Positions 13,501 to 26,873 of a DNA stretch of 64,000 nt are shown piece by piece; position 1 is the first letter of the stretch, and every line of letters starts with the position of its first letter. The stretch comes from Octopus vulgaris (taxonomy: Eukaryota). The stretch is taken from NCBI GenBank assembly GCA_951406725.2, contig OX597815.1:46934001-46998000 (forward strand). The letters run 5' to 3'. Made by a program: the position numbers and the translations under genes. The notes beneath the pieces were generated by a model, which made no database searches, was not told the DNA's origin, and worked only from the letters and a program-made list of their open reading frames with translations.

Positions 13501-13639
13501 CTTAAGAGGGATTTCAAATCACTGCAGAATATTCTAATTTTGATCTAACAAAGGTCTTACACACAAGGAGCATAAAAAATATTTCTGTTTACAAATAAAT
13601 TATCATTAAACCCCTTACTGAATTAGATATTACCCGACA

Positions 13640-13674
<35 letters not shown>

Positions 13675-13678
<4 letters not shown>

Positions 13679-13889
13679 GAAGAACTGAAAAGATCTTGGA
13701 TTTGGGTTTAAAGAAAATACAGGAGGATCAGTTAATTATGATTTTACTGAACATATTACTCTCAGATTCACACACTTGTTGCAACGGTCCTTCAGTTTTT
13801 CTAAGACCTGTAAAAGAACTAGGAAAATTGGGCCTTCAACCAGACCTTTCACGATACGCTTAAAGCCAGGGTCTTTTCAGCACCACTCG
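13675..13889 (-). mobile_element. Mariner-derived MITE / deletion derivative
   Basis: Imperfect TIRs TGAGGAAGAACTGAAAAGATCTTGGATTT / AAAGCCAGGGTCTTTTCAGCACCACTCG; rc contains KLKDRCNKCVNLR (mariner C-terminus). Confidence 0.7.
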
Positions 13890-13996
13890 TGTGTGTGTGT
13901 GTGTGTTCAAATTTAGGGAATGGAATTGATAGGATCCAGGCTACATATGTTTCCTAGCTAACAGAACTCCAGAAGTAGTAATTACCCAAACGAGGG

Positions 13997-14052
<56 letters not shown>

Positions 14053-14172
14053 TATATCAAGGGCATTACTATACATGAGTGCCTCTCGCTATATATATAT
14101 AATATAAAATTTCAAACTCATTAGAAGCAGAAATGTGCATTTTACATGGTAGGGAATGGGATTAGGATGTAG

Positions 14173-14370
14173 TTAATGTTTGTGAATATTACCACAAATT
14201 AGATGTAAATGGATTTGTATATAAATAATTTGAGTTGAACAGAATTTGTTCATTGATTTAAAGTTTCTAAACCATATTTCATTATTTATAGTAATTTGGC
14301 TATTAAAAATATATAGTCTTTCATCTTCAGCATATAATTCTAATGAGGATGATTTCAATATGGAAATCAA
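14173..14370 (-). pseudogene. Possible decayed Penelope C-terminal fragment
   Basis: ELYAEDERLYIFNSQITINNEIWFRNFKSMNKF loosely resembles the PLE end CxLCxxEKxxIxxx..LNxRxE....CRHxxKF; cysteines absent. Confidence 0.3.
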
Positions 14371-14592
14371 AGCATTATAGAAATGGCAATAGAATGGAGC
14401 TCAAAGTATCTGTATATGTGACATCATTCTGAACCAAAAGATTTAGCCAAAAATGTTCAATATGAACAAATTGAGTCCTAATAGATCAATGGTCATTTGT
14501 TCAATCGATTATTTACGTATTTGTGTAATGAAAGATTGCACTTTTTAAAGAGAATTTTTTTTTAAATCAAAAGCCTTTGCTATATCTATATA

Positions 14593-14643
<51 letters not shown>

Positions 14644-15297
14644 CGATTTCTTTTGTCCCAATACCAAGACATAAAAGCAATCGAGTGTTGGGAGAACGAA
14701 TTAGTAGGAAGTTATGTTGATTAATTGATAAAAATTTGTTTTGTGTTAAATGATTTAAAACGTTTTCCCTAATAATAGATTATAGAGATTTACTACATGT
14801 ATTTAATTAAATAATTGGTCTATAGTGTTTTGCTATATCTGAAGCAACAATTATTTTTTTTTGTATATAGGAAATATTTTGGCAATTTTCCAATTAGAAG
14901 GGTAAGTGTGAGTTGTAAAGAGCAAAGCCTACATGGATAAATGCTTTCGACGAATTCAGATGCGAATCTTTTAACGAAGTTTTATGGGATGCCGTTGGGA
15001 CGAAAAGATGATTTAGAGGTTAGCGATTTGATATAATCATATAAAATAAGGTTCAAAAAGGCAATTCACTTTCTATAGCACAGTTTTGAATATTTAAAAT
15101 TTTAATAATTCAGTTATCTCTAGAAAATATTGGAGAAAAATATTTATTAAATAAAATTGTTTCATCAAAATTATAAAGGATTATCAAATTATTACGCTAG
15201 TGGAATATCAGATTAGAGTTTTAGTCAAGAATTTGCATAATGGTAAGAATTTTCCAATGATTGTCTTCAGCCAGTTCAGTTTTTTCATTTAAGAGAA

Positions 15298-15365
<68 letters not shown>

Positions 15366-15395
15366 CTCATCACCATCACCATCATCATTATTATT

Positions 15396-15875
15396 AAGGC
15401 GGCAAGCTGGCAGAACCGTTAGCATATCGGGCAAAAATGCTTTGCGGCATTTCTTTCGTCTTTACGTTCTGAGTTCAAATTTCACCGAGGTCGACTTTGC
15501 CTTTTATCCTTTCGGGGTCGATAAATTAAGTACCTGTTGAACAACTGTGGTCGATGTAATCGACTAGTCGCCTCCCACAAATTTTCAGACCATGTATCTA
15601 TAATAGAAAGAATTATTTTTATGGCGTTGAGCTGGCAGAATCGTTAGTACGCCGGATGGGGCGAAATGTTCAGACGCATTTCGCCCATTTTTACGTTTTG
15701 GATTCAAATTCTGCCGTAGTCGACTTCACCTTTCCTTCTTTCGTGGTCGATAAATTAAGACTGGGGTCATTGCAATCAACTTATATCACTTTCAAAACTT
15801 CAGGTTTTGTGATCATATTCGAAAGAATTATTTTAAGGCATCGAGGTGGCAGAATCGTCAGCACGCCGGGCAAAA
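15396..15875 (+). mobile_element. Tandem array of three family A SINEs (last truncated)
   Basis: Heads at ~15398, ~15623, ~15837 after (TTA)n. Confidence 0.85.
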
Positions 15876-16946
15876 CTTTATTCTGTGATGGGGTCGCTGA
15901 GTCATAAAAGTTAAGCGTTACAGAGTAAATACGGAGTAAATACAGTATCTTATTGTGCTTATCTTCTACTACTGTCATTGAAACTCTGGTGTATGTCTTC
16001 ATAGGTAAACTCAATCACAGCCAAACTATTATTCTTCGTTCCTATTTTTCCGCAAAGCGAACGCAATGAAACAGATTCGATACATAATCTTTTATTCATT
16101 TATTTATTTACGTTTTATCGGTTGGGGTGAAGATGAGGTTTTTGAGGTTTGGAGTTGAGATCGGAGTTGGTATAGTAATAGTTGGTGGTTGAGCTGGGGT
16201 TAACATTTGATGGCAGATCCTAATTAGATCTGTATGTCATATTATATGACATCGGTCAGCTTCCCTATAGCAGCAGCATTTATACAACAATAGCGACTGT
16301 CTTTCTTATAATATCGATTAAGTCTTGTTTCATATTTTGACAGACCTACACCGACACCACACCTACCACCACCACCACCACCACCATCACCTCCCATCGC
16401 CACCACTATAACTACCATGTTGATCATCACCATCATCAGCATTACATGTGTCACAGCAACTTCCTTCGTTCTGATATATTGTATAATATAATATTGCTTG
16501 TGTATATGTTTGATTGTCTCTTTGTATGTGGTTATGTTCTCAAGTATTCGGTTTCAGCTTTTCATTGATATATTCATGTAAAGAAACGTGAGAAACTCTG
16601 TTCCTTGATAGAAAGCTGGTATGTCATATTTAAATAGTAAGGCCGGACAGAAATCCCTTAGAGCATTCTATTCTAGCTTCGATCAATTTTGATGTCCAAA
16701 CTGAAAGTAGCTGTCGTTTATGTATGACTAAAAGGTCTCAACCTCGTCTTCGTTCTTTCTTATCTTCTCTCCTTGTGCATCACATAGCGAAATCTGAGTT
16801 TATACATATAGACATGTATACATGCAGACATGCGCATACGTACACACAATCACGCAAAACATATGCATTTACAAATTATGTATATATATACATATATGAT
16901 ATTGCTGTTATGCATAATTATATAATAGTTATAAATATGTACATGC

Positions 16947-16978
<32 letters not shown>

Positions 16979-17025
16979 GTTAGTTACACATACATTAGCA
17001 TGTATAATATATATATTAGCTATGC

Positions 17026-17074
<49 letters not shown>

Positions 17075-17284
17075 ATACATATATATGCATGTATATACAT
17101 TTTATGCGGGTTCGTGTGTAAGAGTTCTGTGTTCTGTAGCTCTTGTATGTATATATAAATGCATAAAAGTATGCGCGACTATAACAGCTTGAAAGCAAAT
17201 ATGTAACAATTATACACTTACCGCTATAAACACTTACATACACGAAAATACATTTATACATACACACACATATATGTTTGTGTT

Positions 17285-17338
<54 letters not shown>

Positions 17339-17399
17339 CAAGAAACAGAAGTCGGGGGATTATTTTGCTACATGAAGTCCGATTACTATTTCTTTCACC

Positions 17400-18000
17400 A
17401 GTTGCAGTAGATCTGTATCACCGTTGCCACTTTCCTCCTCGCCATCTCCCTCCTCCTTATCATCATTACCGTCGTCTAGTCACCATCATCATCATAATCA
17501 TCATCATCATCATGGTCACCGACACCTCGAGCGCCGTCACTATCCTTATCGTCGTAATCGGTTGTCATCGTCATCGATATCGATACCGCCATCATCTTCA
17601 TCCTCTTCATCATCAAAGAGTAATGCCTCTGACCTTTAGCCATTACAGCTGCTCCTTGGCCCTCTTTCAGCGGTCGAAATTCCTTCCTGGAACCACAACC
17701 ACCACTACAATTCATCATCAAAACGTCATTATGCTTTTCACCAATATCACGTTAACAGTCACGCCACCGCCAAGACCACGACTTCTACCATCAACATTGC
17801 CGCCATGATGAAGACGATCTCCGCCGCCGCCATCATCATCTTCATGATGAAACCACCACGATCACCACCACCAAACGAATAACACAACCATTACTACCAC
17901 GATCTCGATCACTGTAACCATCATAATTTCTATCACAATCACTAACACCACCATCTTCTCTTTGACCATAATCTCTACCATCAACACCACAACCATTAAC
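17400..18000. repeat. Degenerate (CAT/CAC/CGT)n low-complexity tract
   Basis: Direct read; similar tracts at 16350-16445, 20960-21125, 49875-50420. Confidence 0.85.
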
Positions 18001-18074
18001 AGTCACTCCCCTGCTACCAGTTCAAGACCATTACTGACATTTTCTACCAAGCCACTGCCTTGTATTAAATAATT

Positions 18075-20085
18075 GTTTCTAACATAATCTTAAGACCTGA
18101 GACTTTAAGGTAAGGAGGTTATTCGGTTATATCTACCTCAGTACGTGACTAGTTTCTTATCTTATCGATCCCGTATGCTGAGAAGCGAAGTAGACCCCGC
18201 AGAATTTGAACTCAGAAAGTAAAGTGTTGGAAGAAATACCGCAATGTATGTTCTCCTGTTAATTCTAATGATGTGTCAGTTCACGATCCTAACCTCCTCT
18301 AATTTAGACACGAGCCAGCAATTTTGAAGGTAGAGGTTTAGTTAGCACCATCAACACAAGCACTTGAGTTTCTTCAACTTAAAAAGATTAAAGGTATAGT
18401 TGATTTCGACGGAATCTGAACTCAAGACGCTTAAAGAACAAGAATAAATGTAACAAGACATTTTACCAACGCTCTAACGATTCCGCCAGTCCCGCAGCCC
18501 CTTGTTCTTTAATAAATGTTCTAATTTTAGAAAGAGGCTAGCACTTTCGAGGGAAGAGGGTACCCGATTACATCGACCCCAGTGCTTAACTGGTACTATT
18601 TTATTGACTCCGGAAAAATGAAGGACAAAGTCGATCTCAGCGGCATTTGAATTCAGAGCGTAAAGAGCCGAAAGAAATGCGGTTAAGCTGGTCTATAATG
18701 AATAGTTGTTTCAAATATTGACCTAAGACCAGCAACTTTCAGAGCAGAGAGAGAGAGCCACTTATTTCGACATCATTGCTCAACAAGTTTTTATTTTATC
18801 AACAGGTTCTTATTTTATCAACCCGAAGAATGAAAGCAAAGCTGACCTGGGTGTAATTTCAACTCAGAATGTAAATTCCCAAAGAAATTCCGCTTTGCAT
18901 TTTGTCCGACGCGTTACTGATTGTGATAGTTCGCCACATTCGCCATAAATAGTCCTTTCTACTATTGGCACAAGAACTGAAGCTTTTAGCGGCAAGGGTT
19001 AGTAGATTACATTGAGCCCAGTGATCAACTAGTACAGTGATCAACAAACAACCCCGAAAAGTTGAAAGATTAAGTCAACCTCGGTGGCATTTGAATTCAG
19101 TACGTAAAGAGCCGGATCAAATGCTACGAAATATTGTCCCAACGCGATAACAGTTCAATTAGCCCATCATCTCACTGACCTATAATATATAATAAGATCA
19201 AAATGTAACCAACCAGCGACAGATATAATTCATAAAAACAAAGAAAACTGTTGAAATCCATATTAAACATCAAAAATAGCAGATTATTTGATTTATACAC
19301 GCACGCACATATCTGTTTTTTTTGTTTATTTTTTCTTTTATTTGTGGTTGTCGTAATGAGGATTGCCTTTAAATAATTATTAATAAAAAAATAATAATTA
19401 AAACAACCAATTGCCAAAACGAGAAATACTGGGGTTGATTGAACGTTAATGTTTGCCGTTTAGGGATGTAGGGTGGAATAAAAAAAAGAAAATCAACAGA
19501 GAATAGCAAAAATAATATTGGTTTCAAATTTTGGGACAACGCCAAAAAGTTCAGGGAAGTGGGTAAGTCGATTACATCGACCCTTACTATTCTCTAATTG
19601 AGCCCCGTGCTTCCTTGCACCGGCCCCGAAAAACCTCATCACTGTTACTAAATATTCATAACAGCAACAGCGACGATGAAGACATAAAGATCGTCAACAG
19701 AGGGAGAGAGAGAGAGAGAGAGAAAAAAACCGAAAGGATGAAAGGTAAAGTCAACCTCGGCGGAATTTGAACTCAGAACACGAAGACAGAAGAAATGCGT
19801 CAAGCATTTTGCCCGGCGTCCAATCAATTCTGCCAGCTCGCGGCTGTTAATAGCAAAAATAATAATCCTTTCTACTAAAGGCACAAGGTCTGAAATTTTT
19901 TGGAACGAGGGGGTGGCTAGTCGATTACATCGTCCCCAGTGCATAACTGGTACTTATTTCGTTGACTCCGAAAGGATGAACGGCAAAGTCGACCATGACA
20001 GAATTTGAACTCACAATGTAAAGACGGACGAAATGCCACTACGTTCTTTGTCCGGCGTGCCAACTATTCTGCTGGCTCACCGTCT
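18075..20085 (-). mobile_element. Cluster of about seven head-to-tail family A SINE copies of varied divergence
   Basis: Repeated rc core AAAGTCGACCTCGGCGGAATTTGAACTCAGA variants at ~18190, 18400, 18630, 18840, 19075, 19750, 19985. Confidence 0.8.
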
Positions 20086-20480
20086 TTATAACAAAAATAA
20101 TATTGAAAACAGTTTATATTTCTGAATTAATATACATAGGATCTAATATCAATGATTACATCTGACAATCCACACAATAGCATAAAAGATATTTTAGACC
20201 CATAAAAATCAGTGGTGGGGAAATATAGCGAAGATTTAATTGGGTTTTAATTGCTGAGACCAATGGCTGCAAGTAATATAAACTGCTAACGCAAGTTAGT
20301 AACAAAGCCAATTAAACTCAACCGCAACGATAACAGCAAGTAGCAGTATAACCACAGGAGTCAACTTCAGCATCATCAACAATAACAACAACGTTAGTAT
20401 CATAAAAGCAGGAACTATTAAAAGTATTAAAAGTAATACAAAGACTTCATTAGTGACGAGAATGATAATGGTTATATAGT

Positions 20481-20730
20481 CAGGACCACTTTTAAACTAA
20501 TTAAACAGATTTGTTTAAATTGGGCCCCGCGAACACGCTCGAGGGGAGGACGCTATGATGAACTTTTAGTATATCTTTGTGGCTAATGGTGGAACTTCAA
20601 GCCCCACCCCCAACGCTTTTTGACTGGGACTGGCGTACTAACACGAATCATAAAGCATCAGTCTTCAGTTTTTGTAGGCGCTCCACTTATAATTCTCTAA
20701 TTGGGCCACGCACTTCCTTGCACCGGCCCC
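20481..20730. mobile_element. hAT-like MITE
   Basis: Degenerate CAGGGCCGG-type ends (CAGGACCAC / CACCGGCCCC) with subterminal AATTGGGCC.CGC repeated near both ends. Confidence 0.5.
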
Positions 20731-20797
20731 CAAAACCTCATCGCTGTTACTAAATATTCATAACAGCAACAGCGACGATGAAGACAGAAAGATCGCC

Positions 20798-20867
<70 letters not shown>

Positions 20868-21561
20868 TAAAACTATAACAATGATTAATTAACTATAGAA
20901 CAACACCGAAATTAATCTATCGGTAATGGCTACTGCAAGAAAATTATTTCAATATCTTCAATATCATCACTCTCATCGTCGTGATCGTCGTCATCATCAT
21001 CATCGATGCCGTCATCATCATTATCGTCATTGTCGTCAGCGCCGTCACTACCATTGTCGTTATCACTGCTGTCCTCCTCCCCCTCTTCCTCCTCCTCCTC
21101 CTCCTCCTCATCATCATCATCATTGACAATAATGAGAAACAGCTCAACAAGTATTCTATTACTACAGGCTTAGAAGAAAATGTAAAAGACCACAACAAAC
21201 AGTTCCTACCTCTTTTCCACCTCGTCCCACCCTTCTCTCCATATCGAAATAGTTACGACTGATTTGAAACATAATACGAAGCCTGATCGTTTTAATGTGG
21301 AGGACGTTGTTATTACATTGCTTGGCACTCTGGTCGTAAAGCTATTCTCTCAGCGGGCATAGTATCACCTTTTTAACATCTGGTACTGAGAACATGATAA
21401 ATGGTGGAAGCCACTGCAATTCAGCCGTCTGACATCTGTGACCGAAAGTTGCTTCGAACCTGTCAACGACCCGATAAGCCTCTCTCCATCACGTTGTTGC
21501 TCGACCTGCTAGAAAGCTATGTCAAATCACACTTGCTCTCTCAGAAGGGAATATGCTAGAT

Positions 21562-22314
21562 TAATGTTTATTAACCTATTTCCATCCCTCCAGACCCGAC
21601 TACAACTTTCAAGAAAAATGTATGCCACACCGGTGGTTGAAAAAAAAAAACAACTTTATTTTTAATATTTTGTCGCTATTATTTAATACAAAAGAATCTA
21701 CCTGTAACTTTTTTTTTATTTAAGTACTGAGTACAAAAAAGTACATTATTGACCAACTAAGAAAAAGCGGATCACCTTAATGTGAACCTTGTGCCTGACA
21801 ACTACGACAGATCTCCTTGATTCGAAGAGACAATTTTGTTAGCTTCAGCTGAAAATCACCAAGGTTCGTAATTTCAAATCGGTTTTTCTTGGTTCGAAGC
21901 AAACCATTTACAGTATTAAAACCACATTCAACCAAATAAGACGTGGACTAAAATTACAATAGGACAAAATTTATATTATTTGCTCTCAATGAATCAAAAT
22001 TTCCTTTACTGAAATAGCAGTTTTAGGGTATTTCCTTTCAACTTTATCTCATAGCCACATTTGGTACCTTTTGTTTTGAACAAAGTATTCACTGATTATT
22101 GTTCTCATTTTATTCCTTTGTCTGGAAATCTTTCGTCACGCATCCTGGGGCATCTTCAGCAATTCTCCATTCCACGTCTCTCCTGTTTTGTTTACTCCAT
22201 TCTCTGAATGGACCATTTACTAATTCTTTTGTATTAAATAATGGATCCCATGCCCTATCAAAATTTTCTCAGGCCCCACCTGTGTGGTGTATGCCCCACC
22301 GGTGGGAATGACTG
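21562..22314 (-). mobile_element. Internally deleted hAT (Buster/Charlie-type) transposon
   Basis: rc of 21777-21947 reads STSYLVECGFNTVNGLLRTKKNRFEITNLGDFQLKLTKLSLRIKEICRSCQAQGSH* (Buster dimerisation C-terminus); right end rc CAGTCATTCCCACC; 8-bp flanks TGCTAGAT / TAATAGAT with central TA. Confidence 0.85.
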
Positions 22315-22479
22315 TAATAGATAATGTTCCCGGGTTCTCTGAATATCGTAAAATGTAATATTGGATGATCACAGCTGGATTATCTTTGAATATTGGTCTG
22401 TTCAATTAGAGTTTATCAGGAATTAGACAGTAACAAGAACATCAACAGCAACAACAACTGTCATGGAACCAACCAACTA

Positions 22480-22860
22480 GGGCTTTGGCTTTTATGTGGT
22501 GGCATGGTATATCGACCTGCCCGAAATAGTCGCCATATATCCCTCAAATCACATCCTACTGCTTTAAAAAAGATACGATAGATTTATTGCACACAAGCAA
22601 ACAACGGAAGGGGGTTAGTCAAAGGCCTATTTAATCAAGGCTGACCTGGAGTTAAACAACATCAAGGCTGCCTAGTGAAGGAACTAACCTTCATGTTGTC
22701 GTAGCATTTGGTTAGAAATAGTAACTAAATTTTTCTCAAATTACAAAGCAACCGTCTTACAGAAAATGATCTATTTGACAATGATGTCTTAGATTCAATA
22801 TTTGAATAAAAGACGGGATGGTCATGATTGGAATGTCTACGACAGGACCTAAGCGGCAAC
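22480..22860 (+). repeat. Old interspersed repeat (SINE-like 3' parts)
   Basis: Motifs GAAATAG..GCCA.AT.TCCCTCAAATCAC, GGGATGGTCA.G..TGGAATGTC and GGCTGACCTGG.G.TAAACAAC recur at ~21490-21550, 23180-23250, 50420-50910 (three copies) and 53330-53525. Confidence 0.55.
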
Positions 22861-23254
22861 ATCTGTCTGTTTTACTGCGTAAAGTTTGACTGAGATAATA
22901 CACAAGTGACGGCACTTAATGGATAATATTCAGACTGCACAACGAATTTAAAATCATTGCGAGAATTTGGTGATATATGAGCAATGAGTGTCGCATGCCG
23001 TAAACTGATAATGAAAGTCATAGTGTGCATTATAAATAAGATATTTCAAACAGTAATAGTTTCAATTTTAGATTATTATTATAATTAGCTGAGTGTATAA
23101 ATCTCAGAAACATCGCAGTAATAGTTAACGGATCGGGTTACTATGAAGCATGATAAAACTACGAGCCAACAAGTGAACCTAGACTAGAATTGATAGCTAA
23201 ATTTTATTCAAGACACAACTGTCTTAAAAGTAGGACATACTGGACAATACAGTC

Positions 23255-23280
<26 letters not shown>

Positions 23281-23285
<5 letters not shown>

Positions 23286-23510
23286 ACGACTCCAGGTCAT
23301 CAGCGTCTCTTGGGCTCGTCACAGATTTTACATAAGACACATGTTCTCCCGCTATATTTCTAGTCCTAAATGGCTTATTTTTTCATATCTAGCCCGAGTT
23401 ATTAGCTGAAGTTACATACTTGGAGTTAGTGTTGACAGAAATTAAATTAGCTTGCAAATACACGGTCATTTTACTAAATTTATACTAGGGTTAAGCCGGT
23501 GTCGCCACTG
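23281..23510. mobile_element. Short hAT-like MITE inside (TA)n
   Basis: Left CAGAGACGAC vs rc of right end CAGTGGCGAC; (TA)n on both sides. Confidence 0.4.
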
Positions 23511-23531
23511 ATATATATATATATATATATA

Positions 23532-24823
23532 CGAGGGACGTTCAATAAGTAATACCCCTGACCCACTTGCAGTTGTTTGATCTAGCTGAAATTTTGCATG
23601 TGCAATTATTTGTATCTTTATAGATTAAGTAGCAAATTACAGCTCTGAGCTAATTGTGGTTTCTGATTTACATGTGTTTGAACTGAGTCAAGTGTGAAAT
23701 GGAACCTGTTGAGTGTCGAGCAGTGATCCGGTTTTTGTATTTGAAAGAACACACACCACGGGAGACTTTTGATGAAATGATAGTAACTTATGGTGATGAT
23801 GCCCCATCATATGACCTTGTAAAACGCTGGCATCGTGAATTCAAACATGGTCGGAACTCTGTGGAAACAGCTCCCAGATCTGGTCGCCCCCTTCTGCCAT
23901 TGATGAGGCATCTGTCCGTCAAGTTGAGGCTGCCATTTTAGAAGATCGACGCATAACTATTCGCCAAATAGCCCATGAGGTCAAGATTAGTACCGGGTCT
24001 CTGGAAACTATCATTCATGACCATTTGCATAAGCAAAAGATGTCTGCCAGATGGATTCCCAGGTTGCTCACACCTTTCCAGAAGCAAGAACGCGTCGAGT
24101 GCTCGAGGATGAATTTGGAGATGTGCCAAGAAGGTGAGTCAAAATTTTTCAAAAGACTGATTACACAGGATGAAATCTGGGTTCATCACTATGATCCAGA
24201 GACCAAAGCCCAGTCAATGCAGTGGAAGCACCGTGACTCACCTCCTCAAAAGAAGGCAAGGGCGCAACCCTCCGCTGGCAAGGTCATACTCACAGTCTTC
24301 TGGGACCAGGACGGAGTAGTGATGACAGATTTTCTGGCAAAGGGTACCACAATTACAGGAGCCTATTATGCTTCACTTTTGAGGAAATTATGAGAAGCTA
24401 TCAAAATCAAGAGGCGGGGCAAGATCAGCAAAGGCATCCTCCTCCTACAGGACAACGCTCCGGTCCACAACTTGCGTGTCGCCAGATCAGAAGCACAGGT
24501 GTGCTGCTATGAACTCCTCCCCCAATCCCCCTACTCTCCTGACCTTGCACCCTCTGACTTTCACCACTTTCAAGCCATGAAGTTGTTTTTGAAAGGAAAG
24601 CGTTTCCCAGATGATGCAGCCTTGATTTCTGAAGTCACATCGTAGTTGGAGGACCAAACTGGGGTCTTCTACAAAAACGGTCTCCAGAGCTGCATCAAAC
24701 GATGGGAGAAATGCGTAACTCTGGGTGGTTCCTATGTAGAAAAAGACTAATAACTGTGCCAAGTTTCGTTGCTCTACTGCTATGGGAAGTTGGTCAAGGG
24801 TATTAGTTATTGAACGCCCCTCG
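23532..24823 (+). mobile_element. Full-length mariner element with TIRs and TA target duplication
   Basis: TA-CGAGGGACGTTCAATAAGTAATACCCCTGACC ... GGTCAAGGGTATTAGTTATTGAACGCCCCTCG-TA; 1292 bp. Confidence 0.96.
23699..24750 (+). pseudogene. Mariner DD34D transposase, disrupted (frameshift ~23890, stops at 24391 and ~24643)
   Basis: HTH N-terminus, WIPRLL, ITQDEIW, LLQDNAPVH, YSPDLAPSDF (34 residues between second and third D), RWEKCVTLGGSYVEKD*. Confidence 0.95.
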
Positions 24824-24834
24824 TATATATAATC

Positions 24835-25040
24835 TTTTATCTTTTACTTTTTTCAGTCATTAAACTGGGGCCCTGTTAGGGCACCACCCAGAAGAAATTT
24901 TAATCGAATGAATCAACTCTAATACTTATATTTTAAAGCCAGGTATTTATTCTACCGTTGTCTTTTGCCGAACCGCTACAGGGACGTAAATACACCAGCA
25001 ACGGATCTCAAGCGGTGGTGGGGGGACAAACACAGACGCA

Positions 25041-25092
<52 letters not shown>

Positions 25093-25250
25093 ATGATCTT
25101 CTTCCAGTTTCCTTCTATGAAATCCTCTCACAAGGTTTTTGTCGGCCTGAGGCTATAGTAGAAGACACTTGCCCAAGGTTCCACGTAGAAGGGCTGAACC
25201 CGGAACCATGTGGCTGGGAAGCAAGCTACTTACCACACAGTCACATCTGC
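24835..25250 (-). mobile_element. SINE family B copy with central (CA)n
   Basis: rc tail + (CA)n + rc head GAAGACACTTGCCCAAGG...CCCGGAACCATGTGG. Confidence 0.85.
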
Positions 25251-26093
25251 TCCAATGTAAATGATGATGAAAACGAATAGCTAGAGTCGGATATTGGTAA
25301 ATCTATGTGTGGATATATATATATATGTATATATATATATTGTTATATATGATTATCTCCTAAGAGAGAGAATTATCTGCGGAAAAATACAACATTCTTA
25401 TGTATTCATCTGGATGTATATGTAATGTAACACATTTACCTGTATGTCATTTATCAAAAGAACAATATTGACACAATGAACCACACTCGAAACAGACCAG
25501 AAATAACCTAATAAATATTTATAATAACTGTTCCCTTGATTCTAACATTCCCAATACACCCAGTTTAATATTTCGTAATAGAAATCTAGCACCACCTACA
25601 TCAATTGAAACTCAGTCTGACCTATGCTGACCTTGTCTACACACATTCTTTTGTGAGCCCTAAAACGTAGCATAAGCAAATTTCTATACATAGAATGCTG
25701 TTACCTGAATTAAAATTTTTTTCTTAAAGCTGACAGAGCTCAAATGATGAATAAAATTCTCATCAAACCGAAATAAATCGCATCACCATGGCTTTCTATC
25801 AACCCACAGCCTACAAACGTATATTTTCCACTTATTCTCCTCTATTTCCATTTCCTATACAACTGCATCTCCAAAATGATCATTCACTCAACTTCACACA
25901 CACCCACTAACTAGCTAGCGTCTATATAATGTCAGAAATACCTGAAATAAAGGCAAAGTCTAATGACGGCAATCGATCCTAAACTTCGAAGCCATAGCCA
26001 ACATTTTCTTCGTAAAAGTTAATATGCATCTGGTTAATATGCACTTCGGTTTAATGTTAAATTATTTTCATAACTTGACAGAGAAAACAAACA

Positions 26094-26179
<86 letters not shown>

Positions 26180-26873
26180 ATATATTCTTCTACTTGTTTC
26201 ATTCATTAGACTGCGACCATGCTGATATAACCCTAAGTATTAGCGACAGAAGAAGTAATAGAACCAAAATGCAGTCTTTATATCAGACTTAATGTGGATG
26301 TCTTGTTTGAACACCTAATACTATGTTGTTAGCCTTGAGAGATATTTCTAAGATAACCTCAATGAGTTCCGGAATCCGTGACAGACGATTTATGTGCATG
26401 CTTTTATGCACCAATCGCCTATATGAGATGATTTCCCAAGGCTAATAATAATACAGTATGTGGTTGTCCAAAAAAGCCATCCACGTTAAGTAGGATATAT
26501 ATATATATATAATCATATCAAAGGGAAATGGAATTTAATTAGAATTAAAAACATTCAATTAAAATTTACAGTTCCAGTGGTCTAACGCGTAAAAATTTTA
26601 GTCAAAAAGACTATATATTAGTCATACGATATGAAGAAAACCAAACCTTGTGAGTTCTCCATGACTCGCTAAAAGATGATTAGAAACCAATTGGTCCAGG
26701 AAACTAGATGGTAAATATTTTTCATTTCCAAATTTATTCCTGTCGAATTTTATCCCGAATTTTTTTGTGGTCATAGAATTTAGCTGTTCTTTCTAATGCG
26801 TAGAATCCTTATAAGTTGATTCTCTATGTGTTTAAATATACAGTATATCGTATATATATATATATATACATAT

